A DNA stretch of 64,000 bases, taken from positions 28,708,001-28,772,000 of the forward strand of contig NC_087251.1 in NCBI RefSeq assembly GCF_037042905.1. Direction: 5' to 3'. The notes beneath the pieces are model-generated. The model was not told the origin of the DNA. It was given only the letters and a program-made list of their open reading frames with translations, and did no database searches. Source of the stretch: Lytechinus pictus (taxonomy: Eukaryota). A program made the translations under genes and the position numbers. Below are positions 27,598 through 40,300 of this stretch, piece after piece (within the stretch, counting starts at the first letter, position 1; every line of letters begins with the position of its first letter).

Positions 27598-28400
27598 AGG
27601 AGTGGCTAAGATTCCAGAGTAAAAAAGATGTGAGAAGCTTCTTGAGCCTTGCTTCATACTACAGGAGATTCATACATGGATTTGCAGAAATAGTGAAGTC
27701 ATTTTCATGACTTAACAGGAAAAGCAAAACAACTCTCTTTGATGGAACACGGAAAGCAAGCATTTCATGAATGAAGCAAATACAAAATGATGTCCCTATC
27801 CTAGGCATTTGTGTCGCAGGAGGCTAGGACGCAAGTGAAGTTGCAACGAGTACCATTTTCTCCAATGCTATAACAGAATGGAGAAGTTTAGCTGAAAATT
27901 CATTAAACAGCAGAGAAACTATTGTGGGACTAGAAGCAAAATACTTGCAGCAGGGTGCTCTTTGAAGAAATACAAACCATATCTTTATGGAAGAAAGATA
28001 CAGGTATGCACTGACTTTTAAGAATCCAGAGGGAGAGATGCCCAGATTGCTCAAACAGATGATTTTGTGATATCATCCAGGAAAGAATCATGGGAATGCC
28101 GATAGGTTGTCCTGACAGGCATTAAAGTAGTGAGCATGTGAAAAAGGAATGGACAATGCTCCAGAAACTAACATCAGCCCAACGTAGGGATCTGAGATGA
28201 GGACAGTTAGGAATATTACTGCTAAATCAACTTTCGAGCAGATGTACATGAGACTCAAATGGAAGAGGAAACAATTCAGTGGCCAATGACAGCAAAGGAG
28301 AAAAGGAAGGAGAGGCCTGCACGAACAGTCCTTTCCCTTTTACCAGCATCAAGCAAGACATATTGGTCAGGTTGGGACCAGATGGAAGTCGACAATGGTG
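27598..28400 (+). mobile_element. Degenerate Gypsy/Ty3 pol fragment (RT-RNase H connection, RNase H, linker)
   Basis: KKDVRSFLSLASYYRRFIHGFAEI; DASEVATSTIFS; LKKYKPYLYGRK; FKNPEGEMPR; HPGKNHGNADRLS; KTYWSGWDQMEVDNG. Many stops and frameshifts. Confidence 0.88.
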
Positions 28401-28934
28401 AAAGGTTTGAGCCAGATGATTTGAAATCTCTTGAAGTGTCAGATAATGCTGTTAGAGACACTGAAATGTAAACCCTATAGAGAAGAATGGGAGAATTTGG
28501 TTTGGAACAAACCAACAGATCCTATTGATGGAGAAGAGAACAGTGGAAATAAGGAAATTGTCTCTGTGGATGGGAGAAGAGACTTTATGTGACTTCCCTT
28601 TCACCTGTCTTCATAACATGTTCTTGTTAAAAACACTTGTACCCTCCATTCTCCTGCTGCCTTTGCTAAAGAAAATCCTAGCTCACAAAGATTCCCTCTA
28701 TACCGGAGAAAGAAACCCCAATACTTTAAGATCAATACCACTTGGCAATGTAGTGGTCCACTCTGTAGACCTTCTTTTTATTAAGTTTTCTTTTTGACTG
28801 CCAACTGACAATTTTTCCCCCTTATCAATATTTGGAGGAGTCGGAAGGATTCTTCAAACATAAATAAGTGTTCTTTTATATGTACAATTTCCTCCTGATT
28901 TTCACTAGTCTGTATTTTCCTTTTTTTTCATTCT

Positions 28935-29080
28935 CTGGGTTCATGCTTCTGCATACCTTCCTTCACTTCAATGATAACAAACAACACATACCACATGGAC
29001 AGGAAGGATACGATGTATTGTACAAAGTTAGACCAGCTGTGGACATTCCCTGCTCTATGTACCAACAAGCCTTACCAGGT
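28935..29080 (+). mobile_element. piggyBac (PGBD-like) transposase fragment; copies ~31607-31752 and ~34285-34430
   Basis: FMLLHTFLHFNDNKQHIPHGQEGYDVLYKVRPAVD matches the piggyBac RF..I..FLHF.DN....D.L.K.RP motif. Confidence 0.8.
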
Positions 29081-29082
29081 CA

Positions 29083-29420
29083 ACATCGGTCCTAAGCAAC
29101 GGCCTGAAAGGGTTTCTCCTCAGTTGAGAGTTTACTGTATGATTGGTGTCTATCTCAGAGAATACAGACATGAATGGCCACAAGTTGGGAAAGTCACCGC
29201 AATTGAGCAGGACAGCATCACAGTACACTGGTTTTCAGGGACAGCAACATCTACATGGACCCCATTGTACCACAGAGGTAGAAAAGGACAAGAACCATAT
29301 AGTCAGACCATTCCATCGTCAAATACCATCACACATCCATTTCATCTCACTGGAACTGACAAGCTTCCACAGGAAGTGCAGCGCCAACTTAGAGAAAAAC
29401 ATGAAGAACTCTACTCGTAG
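29083..29420 (+). pseudogene. Intact-looking C-terminal domain fragment (~110 aa) of an unidentified, probably transposon-encoded protein; open in copies 1 and 2 (ends 32092), frameshifted in copy 3
   Basis: IGVYLREYRHEWPQVGKVTAIEQDSITVHWFSGTATSTWTP...HPFHLTGTDKLPQEVQRQLREKHEELYS*. It has a beta-rich Tudor/SH3-like pattern and is followed by UTR-like DNA with AATAAA near 29745. Confidence 0.5.
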
Positions 29421-29894
29421 TACTTGAGTAGATGCCACATTATGTTTCTTGGGTCTGTACGTCTCTACATGTGTACATGTATATCTGTCCATCCCATTTC
29501 CATTCTTACGATAACTTTGGAACTGCTTTGCGGATCAGTTTGGGCTTTCTTTTTATGTATTAATTTGGGAGGGACAATGAACTGATTAGATATTGGGTTG
29601 AAGGTCATACATGTAGATCTAATTTTTACCAGAAAATCTTGTCCTCACAATATCTTATAGGGCTAAACCAACTTTGTGCAAGCCATGTGAAATACAATGA
29701 CAAATTGTGTTGCCTATAGCATGTAAATATGTTTTGATGGATAAATAAAGAAGCAGACATATATAGGCTTTGATATGAATTATGTCATTTTTAAGATATC
29801 TTTGACTGAATGTTCCCACTCATTATTCTGTCCTAGGGACACTTCATATAACTCTGCATTCTGTAAGGGAAAAAGCATCTGGCATACCCTGTTA

Positions 29895-30160
29895 CTTCAT
29901 ATTTTTCATACATTAAACACCCAGGACTTCTATTCTGCAAGGGTGAAGAATGCCTTGGATATGGCATCAAAGGCTGGGAGCATTTGTTAGTATACTCGGC
30001 AGACAACAAGAATAAGCTTCGCGTAGGAGATACCACATGACCGTCGATCGTCACATTCAAGTTGGGCATCTCTTCACGACCAACGACTCACCCAACTACT
30101 ACGACCATGACTTTCCGGTACCCGGCTTTTCTGCTGACTCGGTCTGGGTATCTGCAGATG
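29895..30160 (+). mobile_element. Zator-like DDE transposase fragment; copies ~32567-32832 and ~35238-35503
   Basis: Across frameshifts it reads LLVYSADNKNKLRVG...HLFTTNDSPNYYDHDFPVPGFLLTRSGYL, resembling the Zator S.DDK..V.IG...DHD.....L.PS.Y motifs. Confidence 0.55.
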
Positions 30161-33100
30161 GAGCACATGCAGTTGATGGCCTGCAACCTGCTTGGAAGAG
30201 GGGGGTTTTGGGTAGTTTAATGACTTTACTAATATTTCTGTTTTCCTTTCACTACTTCCAGATTGCAATCAACAGCCATAAGTCTAATTGTTGCACCTTT
30301 GAAATTCACTTGCCTGAATTAAATGCCTCAATTAAATTACTGCCTTTTTGTACCATGCAGGATTCAAGGAAAGATCTGAGCTGTTTCATCATTTGAACCA
30401 TGGAAACTCTTTGTTGATCCAGTGTTCATTCCATTGGAAAAACAAGAATTCATGTGCCAACATCCTGATAATGCTAGACTCGGAATTTGTCTCCAGGTGG
30501 AAAACCAACCAAGAGGTGCTATATCAAATCCCAACATTGTGGAACAACACCCAGATGACACCAGAAGAATGGACATGGAAACCCAAGGATAAGTATGAAA
30601 TGATGTCTCGTGATAAAACAAGGCATATTGTGTAAGAAAACATACAACATACCAAGAGAGATGTATATCTACCAGACTGTGATCCTAAAGTCATTACTGC
30701 ATAGAGTTTTGCATGATTTACAAAGACATCCTTCGATCTTCAGGACATTTTGGTGCACAGCGCACACTGCACAGAGCACATACATCATTCTACTAGCCAT
30801 ATATGCATAAAGATGTAGTGGTTTAATGCAATGTAAGGCATATGAATCGTTCCGCAGAACAAATCCACAGCACAGAGCAAATCTGATGAACAAGGGATAA
30901 ATCAACTTTCAAGCAGATGTACATGAGACTCAAATGGAAGAGGAAACAATTCAGTGGCCAATGACAGCAAAGGAGAAAAGGAAGGAGAGGCCTGCACATA
31001 CAGTCCTTTCCCTTTTACCGGCATCAAGCAAGACATATTGGTCAGGTTGGGACCAGATGGAAGTCGACAATGGTGAAAGGTTTAAGTCAGATGATTTGAA
31101 ATATCTTGAAGTGTCAGATAATGCTGTCAGAGACACTGAAATGTAAACCCTATAGAGAAGAATGGGAGAATTGGGTTTGGAACAAACCAACAGATCCTAT
31201 TGATGGAGAAGAGAACAGTTGAAATAAGGAAATTGTCTCTGCGGATGGGATAAAAAACTTTCTGTGACTTCCCTTTCACATATCTCCATAACATGTTCTT
31301 GTTAAAAACACTTGTACCCTCCATTCTCCTGCTGCCTTTGCTAAAAAAAATCCTAGCTCACAAAGATTCCCTCTATACCGAAGGAAGAAACCCCAATACT
31401 TTAAGATCAATACCACTTGGCAATGTAGTGGCCCACTCTGTAGACCTAGTTTTTATTAAGTTTTCTTTTTGACTGCCAACTGACAATTTTCCCCCCTTAT
31501 CAATATTTGGAGGAGTCGGAAGGATTCTTCAAACATAAATAAAAGTGTCCTTTTATATGTACAATGTTCTCCTGATTTTCACTAGTCTGTATTTTTTTTT
31601 CATTCTCTGGGTTCATGCTGCTGCATACCTTCCTTCACTTCAATGATAACAAACAACACATACCACATGGACAGGAAGGATATGATGTATTGTACAAAGT
31701 TAGACCAGCTGTGGACATTCCCTGCTCTATGTACCAACAAGCCTTACCAGGTCAACATCGGTCCTAAGCAACGGCCTGAAAGGGTTTCTCCTCAGTTGAG
31801 AGTTTACTGTATGATTGGTGTCTATCTCAGAGAATACAGACATGAATGGCCACAAGTTGGGAAAGTCACAGCAATTGAGCAGGAAAGCATCACAGTACAC
31901 TGGTTTTCTGGGACAGCAACATCTACATGGACCCCATTGTACCGCAGAGGTAGAAAAGGACAAGAACCATACACTCAGACCATTCCATCGTCAAGTACCA
32001 TCACACATCCATTTCATCTCACTGGAACTGACAAGCTTCCACAGGAAGTGCAGCGCCAACTTAGAGAAAAACATGAAGAACTCTACTCGTAGTACTTGAG
32101 TAGATGCCACATTATGTTTCTTGGGTCTGTACGTCTCTACATGTGTACATGTATATCTGTCCATCCCATTTCCATTCTTACGATAACTTTGGAACTGCTT
32201 TGCGGATCAGTTTGGGCTTTCTTTTTATGTATTAATTTGGGAGGGACAATGAACTGATTAGATATTGGGTTGAAGGTCATACATGTAGATCTAATTTTTA
32301 CCAGAAAATCTTGTCCTCACAATATCTTATAGGGCTAAACCAACTTTGTGCAAGCCATGTGAAATACAATGACAAATTGTGTTGCCTATAGCATGTAAAT
32401 ATGTTTTGATGGATAAATAAAGAAGCAGACATATATAGGCTTTGATATGAATTTTGTCATTTTTAAGATATCTTTGACTGAATGTTCCCACTCATTATTC
32501 TGTCCTAGGGACACTTCATATAACTCTGCATTCTGTAAGGGAAAAAGCATCTGGCATACCCTGTTACTTCATATTTTTCATACATTAAACACCCAGGTCT
32601 TCTATTCTGCAAGGGTGAAGAATGCCTTGGATATGGCATCAAAGGCTGGGAGCATTTGTTAGTATACTCGGCAGACAACAAGAATAAGCTTCGCGTAGGA
32701 GATACCACATGACCCTCGATCGTCACATTCAAGTTGGGCATCTCTTCACGACCAACTACTCACCCAACTACAACAACCATGACTTTCCGGTACCCGGCTT
32801 TTCTGCTGACTCGGTCTGGGTATCTGCAGATGGAGCACATGCAGTTGATGGCCTGCAACCTGCTTGGAAAAGGGGGGTTTTGGGTAGTTTAATGACTTTT
32901 CTAATATTTCTGTTTTCCTTTCACTACTTCCAGATTGCAATCAACAGCCATAAGTCTAATTGTTGCACCTTTGAAAGTCACTTGCCTGAATTAAATGCCT
33001 CAATTAAATTACTGCCTTTTTGTACCGTGCAGGATTCAAGGAAAGATCTGAGCTGTTTCATCATTTGAACCATGGAAACTCTTTGTTGATCCAGTGTTCA

Positions 33101-35789
33101 TGCCATTGGAAAAACAAGAATTCATGTGCCAACATCCTGATAATGCTCGACTCAGAATTTGTCTCCAGGTGGAAACCCAACCAAGAGGTGCTATATCAAA
33201 TCCCAACATTGTGGAACAACACCCAGATGACACCAGAAGAATGGACATGGAAACCCAAGGATAAGTATGAAATGATGTCTCGTGATAAAGCAAGGCATAT
33301 TGTGTAAGAAAACATACGACATACCAAGAGAGATGTATATCTACCAGACTGTGATCCTAAAGTCATTACTGCATAGAGTTTTGCATGATTTACAGAGACA
33401 TCCTTCGATCTTCAGGACATTTTGGTGCACAGCGCACACTGCACAGAGCACATACATCATTCTACTAGCCATATATGCATAAAGATGTAGTGGTTTAATG
33501 CAATGTAAGGCATATGAATCGTTCCGCAGAACAAATCCACAGCACAGAGCAAATCTGATGAACAAGGGATAAATCAACTTTCAAGCAGATGTACATGAGA
33601 CTCAAATGGAAGAGGAAACAATTCAGTGGCCAATGACAGCAAAGGAGAAAAGGAAGGAGAGGCCTGCACATACAGTCCTTTCCCTTTTACCAGCATCAAG
33701 CAAGACATATTGGTCAGGTTGGGACCAGATGGAAGTCGACAATGGTGAAAGGTTTGAGTCAGATGATTTGAAATCTCTTGAAGTGTCAGATAATGATGTC
33801 ATAGACACTGAAATGTAAACCCTATAGAGAAGAATGGGAGAATTGGGTTTGGAACAAACCAACAGATCCTATTGATGGAGAAGAGAACAGTTGAAATAAG
33901 GAAATTGTCTCTGCGGATGGGATAAAAAACTTTCTGTGACTTCCCTTTCACATATCTCCATAACATGTTCTTGTTAAAAACACTTGTACCCTCCATTCTC
34001 CTGCTGCCTTTGCTAAAGAAAATCCTAGCTCACAAAGATTCCCTCTATACTGAAGGAAGAAACCCCAATACTTTAAGATCAATACCACTTGGCAATGTAG
34101 TGGCCCACTCTGTAGACCTAGTTTTTATTAAGTTTTCTTTTTGATGCCAACTGACAATTTTTCCCCCTTATCAATATTTGGAGGAGTCGGAAGGATTCTT
34201 CAAACATAAATAAAAGTGTCCTTTTCTATGTACAATTTTCTCCTGATTTTCACTAGTCTGTATTTTCTTTCTTTTTTTCATTCTCTGGGTTCATGCTGCT
34301 GCATACCTTCCTTCACTTCAATGATAACAAACAGCACATACCACATGGACAGGAAGGATACGATGTATTGTACAAAGTTAGACCGGCTGTGGACATTACC
34401 TGCCCTATGTACCAACAAGCCTTACCAGGTCAACATTGGTCCTAAGCAACGGCCTGAAAGGGTTCCTCCTCAGTTGAGAGTTTACTGTATGATTGGTGTC
34501 TATCTCAGAGAATACAGACATAAAGGCCACAAGTTGAGAAAGTCACAGCAATTGAGCAGGACAGCATCACAGTACACTGGTTTTCAGGGAAAGCAACATC
34601 TACATGGACCCCATTGTACCGCAGAGGTAGAAAAGGGCAAGAACCATACAGTTAGACCATTCCATCGTCAAGTACCATCACGCATCCATTTCATCCCACT
34701 GGAACTGACAAGATTCCACAGAAAGTGCAACGCCAACTTAGAGAAAAACATGAAGAACTCTACTCGTAGTACTTGAGTAGATGCTAATATTTTCTTGGGT
34801 CTGTACGTCTCTACATGTGTAAATGTATATCTGTCCATCCTATTTCCATTCTTACGATAACTTTGGAACCGCTTTACAGATCAGTTTGGGCTTTCTTTTT
34901 ATGTATTAATTTGGGAGGGACAATGAACTGATTAGATATTAGGTTGAAGGTCATACATGTAGATCTCATTTTTACCAGAAAATCTTGTCCTCACAATATC
35001 TTATAGGGCTAAACCAACTTTGTGCAAGCCATGTGAAATACAATGACAAATTGTGTTGCCTATAGCATGTAAATATGTTTCGATGGATAAATAAAGAAGC
35101 AGAGATATATAGGCTTTGATATGAATTATGTCATTAAGATATCTTTGACTGAATGTTCCCACTCATTATTCTGTCCTAGGGACACTTCATATAACTCTGC
35201 ATTCTGTAAGGGAAAAAGCATCTGGCATACCCTGTTACTTCATATTTTTCATACATTAAACACCCAGGTCTTCTATTCTGCAAGGGTGAAGAATGCCTTG
35301 GATATGGCATCAAAGGCTGGGAGCATTTGTTAGTATACTCGGCAGACAACAAGAATAAGCTTCGCGTAGGAGATACCACATGACCGTCGATCGTCACATT
35401 CAAGTTGGGCATCTCTTCACGACCAACGACTCACCCAACTACTACGACCATGACTTTCCGGTACTCGGCTTTTCTGCTGACTCGGTCTGGGTATCTGCAG
35501 ATGGAGCACATGCAGTTGATGGCCTGCAACCTGCTTGGAAAAGGGGGGTTTTGGGTAGTTTAATGACTTTACTAATATTTCTGTTTTCCTTTCACTACTT
35601 CCAGATTGCAATCAACAGCCATAAGTCTAATTGTTGCACCTTTGAAATTCACTTGCCTGAATTAAATGCCTCAATTAAATTACTGCCTTTTTGTACCGTG
35701 CAGGATTCAAGGAAAGATCTGAGCTGTTTCATCATTTGAACCATGGAAACTCTTTGTTGATCCAGTGTTCATTCCATTGGAAAAACAAG

Positions 35790-36460
35790 AATTCATGTGC
35801 CAACATCCTGATAATGCTCGACTCGGAATTTGTCTCCAGGTGGAAAACCAACCAAGAGGTGCTATATCAAATCTCAACATTGTGGAACAACACCCAGATG
35901 ACACCAGAAGAATGGACATGGAAACCCAAGGATAAGTATGAAATGATATGAAATGATATAATTAAAATGATGTCTCGTGATAAAGCAAGGCATATCGTGT
36001 AAGAAAACATACAACATACCATGAGATGTATATCTACCAGACTGTGATCCTAAAGTCATTACTGCATAGAGTTTTGCATGATTTACAAAGACATCCTTCT
36101 TCAGGACATTTTGGTGCACAGCGTACACTGCAGAGCATTCTACTAGCCGTATATTCATAGAGATGTAGTGGATTGTTGCAATAAATGTAAGGCATGTGAA
36201 TCGTTCCGCAGTACAAATCTACAGCACAGAGCAAATCTAATGAACATCACTACTTCACAAACTCTTAGAGAAGACGTTTGCAGACATAGATAATGGATCA
36301 TTTTAGTAAATACCTGAATGTGTATGCAATGAAAGATCAGACGGCTCAATCAGGAGCTAGGCACATTTTTAGGATTACCTTCGGGTGCATGCATGGAGTG
36401 CCTGAAAGCTAACACACATATCAAGTGAGGCAGTTTGGAAAAAATAATCAAGCTAAATTG
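35790..36460 (+). mobile_element. Gypsy integrase fragment (linker, HHCC zinc finger, start of catalytic core); its 5' part also ends copies 1 and 2
   Basis: QTVILKSLLHRVLHDLQRHPSSGHFGAQRTLQ; FY*PYIHRDVVDCCNKCKACESF; MDHFSKYLNVYAMKDQTAQ; HGVPES*HTYQVRQF. Confidence 0.85.
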
Positions 36461-36529
36461 TGAGTGTACTGGACTTTGGTGGCAGAATGCCTTTTCACAT
36501 TTTTATTTTGTATGTGTGTTGTATATATA

Positions 36530-36600
36530 CAGTGGGTCCCACAAAAAAAACGAAACCAAAGTTTAGCGATGATTTATCATAACTAAATCACAAATACAAT
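36530..36600 (+). mobile_element. Orphan left end of a Tc1/mariner-type element
   Basis: TA|CAGTGGGTCCCACAAAAAAAACGAAACC, the same TIR family as 54882. No matching right end seen. Confidence 0.6.
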
Positions 36601-36821
36601 CCTTTCGAAGGATTGTGTTTCATTTGCCACCTTAACTGATAAATGAAATCAAATGAAGCTTCATAAGAGTATTCATATACCTTCATGTTGGCAAAATTTG
36701 ATGATGGTTCACTCATCAAGGGCCAAGATCTGAATTTGGTCCACAAAAATGCACCAACAATTACCTAATCATTTTATTACGAGATTTTAATCCCTTCTCT
36801 TTGTAATTGTACATCATTCAG

Positions 36822-37133
36822 GCAATCGCTCCAGGCGCAGCTTTCCCGACTTGCTTCAGGCCTAGACCCAGAGAAGATCACAATGATATGGGTGCTGCGT
36901 GCAGATCCACTTTCAGGGGGCAATAAGGGCGATCAAGCACCCTGATTTCAATCCTGCTGGCATGCTGGATATCATATTCCGCACCTCGGCAATTGATAGG
37001 ATTGAATTGAAAGGTGCTGTTGACCTTGGGGGACCAAGAAAGGATTTTTTTCGGCTCTTGCTCCGCCAGATGCATCACCATCCATGCTTTTATATGCACA
37101 ATGATGGGATGCATCTGGGTGTCAATCACAAAG
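36822..37133 (+). pseudogene. Isolated exon encoding the N-terminal part of a G2E3-like HECT E3 ligase domain, with a +1 frameshift in a G run
   Basis: Acceptor CATTCAG|, donor |GTAAAA. It reads QSLQAQLSRLASGLDPEKITMIWVLRADPLS/GAIRAIKHPDFNPAGMLDIIF...GAVDLGGPRKDFFRLLL, containing the HECT D.GG..REFF motif. Confidence 0.7.
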
Positions 37134-37361
37134 GTAAAATCCGTATAAAGAAAGATGTGAAATTAAAAGTGTAATTCTATGTGTGTAGAATTTATGGGGA
37201 GTTCAGAGGATGCTTTGCATTTTTGGCCTTGTCCCGCCTCATTCGCATTTGCCGCCGCAGAGATTTTCTGGCTGCGTTTCTAAAATTTGGCATGAAGGTG
37301 TGTTATGATAAAGGGAAGACACCTATCATTTCTGGTGTTGTTGTTGTGGTTGGACAGGTAC

Positions 37362-40300
37362 TAGTCCGGCAGCCCAGGAGATTTATTCAACCGAAAGCCG
37401 GACAAGCAAATGACCCCATAGCTGGATGGCATGGACCCTGAAGTTTACAAAAATGCATTGCTGCCGGGTTCTATCCGTGGTCTTCCCTCCGAAATGACGT
37501 AATACATGACGTCACTACAAAATGGCCCTATTTCACAATTTTTTAGACATTTTACACATAGCATGAAGTCAAGGGAAAATATATCAGTCAAATCATGCTT
37601 GTTTTGTATGAAACTTTCAAAATGTATTGTTCAAATAATGCACAAGAGATACGCAAAATTTCACGAACAGAAATTATTGTTTACATATGCAAATTACGTA
37701 ATGGAATTTGCATATCATTAGTTTGGGAGATTTCTTGCATCAAAAATTGTCGAAAATTGATTTAGAAATTTATTTTCTTTTTTAATGTACTTTATTTAAT
37801 ATATTTCCTCTCAAGTATAATATCATTCTCTTCATCTATATCTCTACTTTTAGAAAATATATGCCAGTAATTGGAAATGACATTATAGACTGTGATTTCA
37901 GCCCCTTTTCAATATGATGCGCACATAGAAATCGTGCGTTTTTTGCCTATTTTCACCATATAGCTGAGGTGTGCGAACGATATGCCTACTTTATTGATGT
38001 TTCCTGCATTTTGCATGATATTTAATCTTCCAAACAACATATTTTCATCTCCACTATATCTCTGCTGATAAATAAATGATTTCAGCAAATATTGATTGCC
38101 CACTGGGCAGTCTATAGGCTTCGTTTTCAGCCCAGTTTTCAACAATGAACCTATACCATGTATGACTGCATTATTGTTGTCGAGTCGGAAATGGGAGTTC
38201 CTTTGCACCATCATATTATATTTTTCACTCAACGTTTTTGTATTTGCCTGAAGTGTTTAGTTAATGAATCTTGATGTTCCCTTTGCAAAATCGTGTCCAA
38301 CGGGGTTCAATATTGATATCTTTGGCGACCCTCTTGGTTTTTTTTTAATGAAAAGTAATTATTTTCATATTTTTTGCACAGAGTGTGACAATGGGACAAT
38401 TTGAAATGAATACGCATTTCACTATGATTCGGATAGTAGAAATCGATTGAATTCGTTTTCTGGACAGCTAATATATTTTGAAATAAAATTCATCCCGAAA
38501 TTTTGCATGTGCATTGATATCTATCTGTTCAATCATTAACATCAACAACTATTGCACAATATCAGCATTCGACACGAAAGTGGACATAATATACCGATAA
38601 TACTGAAACGCTTCACGACAGTATGTATGTCTTAATTTGCTTAGTTAAAGGGCAAATACCATATATTACTCGATATTGCGATAAAATGACACCAAAAAGC
38701 AACCTCTGTGACAGTATAATTTTTGTCTATCAGCTACATTATAAAGAAATGAGGGCGCAGCAAATCCTACCCCCCCCCCCTGATGGGACCGCCGGAGTCC
38801 CCCATCCTTTTTTCGTATTTTGCCCATTTCTTGGAAAAGTCTACATTTTTGGAGCCCCATTGAAGGGAAAAGACGTTTCTGCTTTGCAGTAAAGTCACTT
38901 TTACTGTTGTTTAACCACTTAGGGATAAAAGAGTAGAGTTTTCTCTATCGGCTACATATAAAGAAGTGCTGGTACAGCAAAGCCTATCCCCTCTGGGGAC
39001 TGCCAAAGTTACCCACCCTTTTACGTATTTTACCCATTAATGGGAAAATATGCTAATCTGGAGCCCCGATTGAGGCAAAAAACGTTTCTGATATGGAATA
39101 AAGCCACTTTCATTCTTTTGAAACTCCATGGAGATAAAAGAGTAGAGTTTCCTCTATCTGCTACATATAAAAAAGTGCTAGCATATTGAAGCATACCCCC
39201 TGAAGGGAGCGTCGAAATCACCCATCCCTTTTTCATATTTCACCTATTTATGGGAAAATGTGCTATTTTCGAGCCCCCATTGAGGCAAAAAGTGCTGCTG
39301 CTATGTAGTAAGGTCACCTGTATTGTTTTTAAACTTTATGGAGACGAAAGAGTAGAGTTTCCTCTATCTGCTACATATAAAGAGGTGTTGGCATATTGGA
39401 GCATACCCCCTTAGGGGGTCGCCGAAATCCCCCACCCCTTTTCAATATTTTACCTATTTATGGGAAAAATGCTATTTTCGAGCCCCCATTGAGGCAAAAA
39501 TGTTTCTGCTATTTAGTAAAGCCAGTTTTATTCTTTTGAAACTACGTAGAATTAAATGAGTAAGCTTTCTTCTATCTGCTGCTAATAAGTGGTTGCACAG
39601 CAAAGCCTATCCCTTCTGGGGGTTCCTAAAGTCACCCACCCCTTTTCCATATTTTTTTCCAATATATGGGAAAATATGCCAATCTTGGAGCCTCTGAAGA
39701 AGGAAGAAGTCGATATGCTAGCACTCTTTTTACTCTTTTTTATGTAGCTGATAGAAAAAAACCTATTTTTTTTTATTTCCAAGTGGTTTCCAAAATCAAA
39801 ACTAGCATAACTATATAGCAGAAATGCCCTTTTGCCTGAATGGGGGCTCAAACACTGCAATTTTTCCAATAAAGAGGGAAAATAGACGTAAAAGTTGGAA
39901 GAGTTCGGCAGCCCCTGATGGGAAGGCTTCATTGTGCTACCACATCTTTATATGTAACTGATAAAGAAGGTCATACTTTGTCATCTTTATGTGCTTACAA
40001 AACAAAAACAAGGGCTTTACTGCAAGGCAGAAACACCTTTTGCCTCAATGGTTCTCCAAAATGACAAATTTTCCGAGAAATTGGCAAAATACAAAAAAGG
40101 ATTGGGTGACTTTGGCAGCCCCCTGAGGGGTAGGCTTTGCTATGCCCTAACTTCTTCATATGTAGCTGATAGAGAAAAACCTACTCTTTTGTCTCTAAGT
40201 GATTTAAAAGAAAAAAATACATACCCGAAACAAAATTTTGCCACATTGGGGGCTCCGAAAAGCACGATATCATAATAGTCAAGCTACGGATAAGGGTGTG

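Larger units (their letters stand above)
28223..36246. repeat. Three tandem copies of a ~2.67-kb unit (starts 28223, 30898, 33570)
   Basis: Matching ORFs are offset by 2672-2675 bp. Both internal junctions read TGAACA-AGGGA-TAAATCAAC. Confidence 0.97.

Noticed and set aside
28570..28860. Minus-strand hAT-like transposase fragment in the tandem unit
   Set aside because: LPSGIDLKVLGFLSP is suggestive but too short and interrupted by stops to assign.
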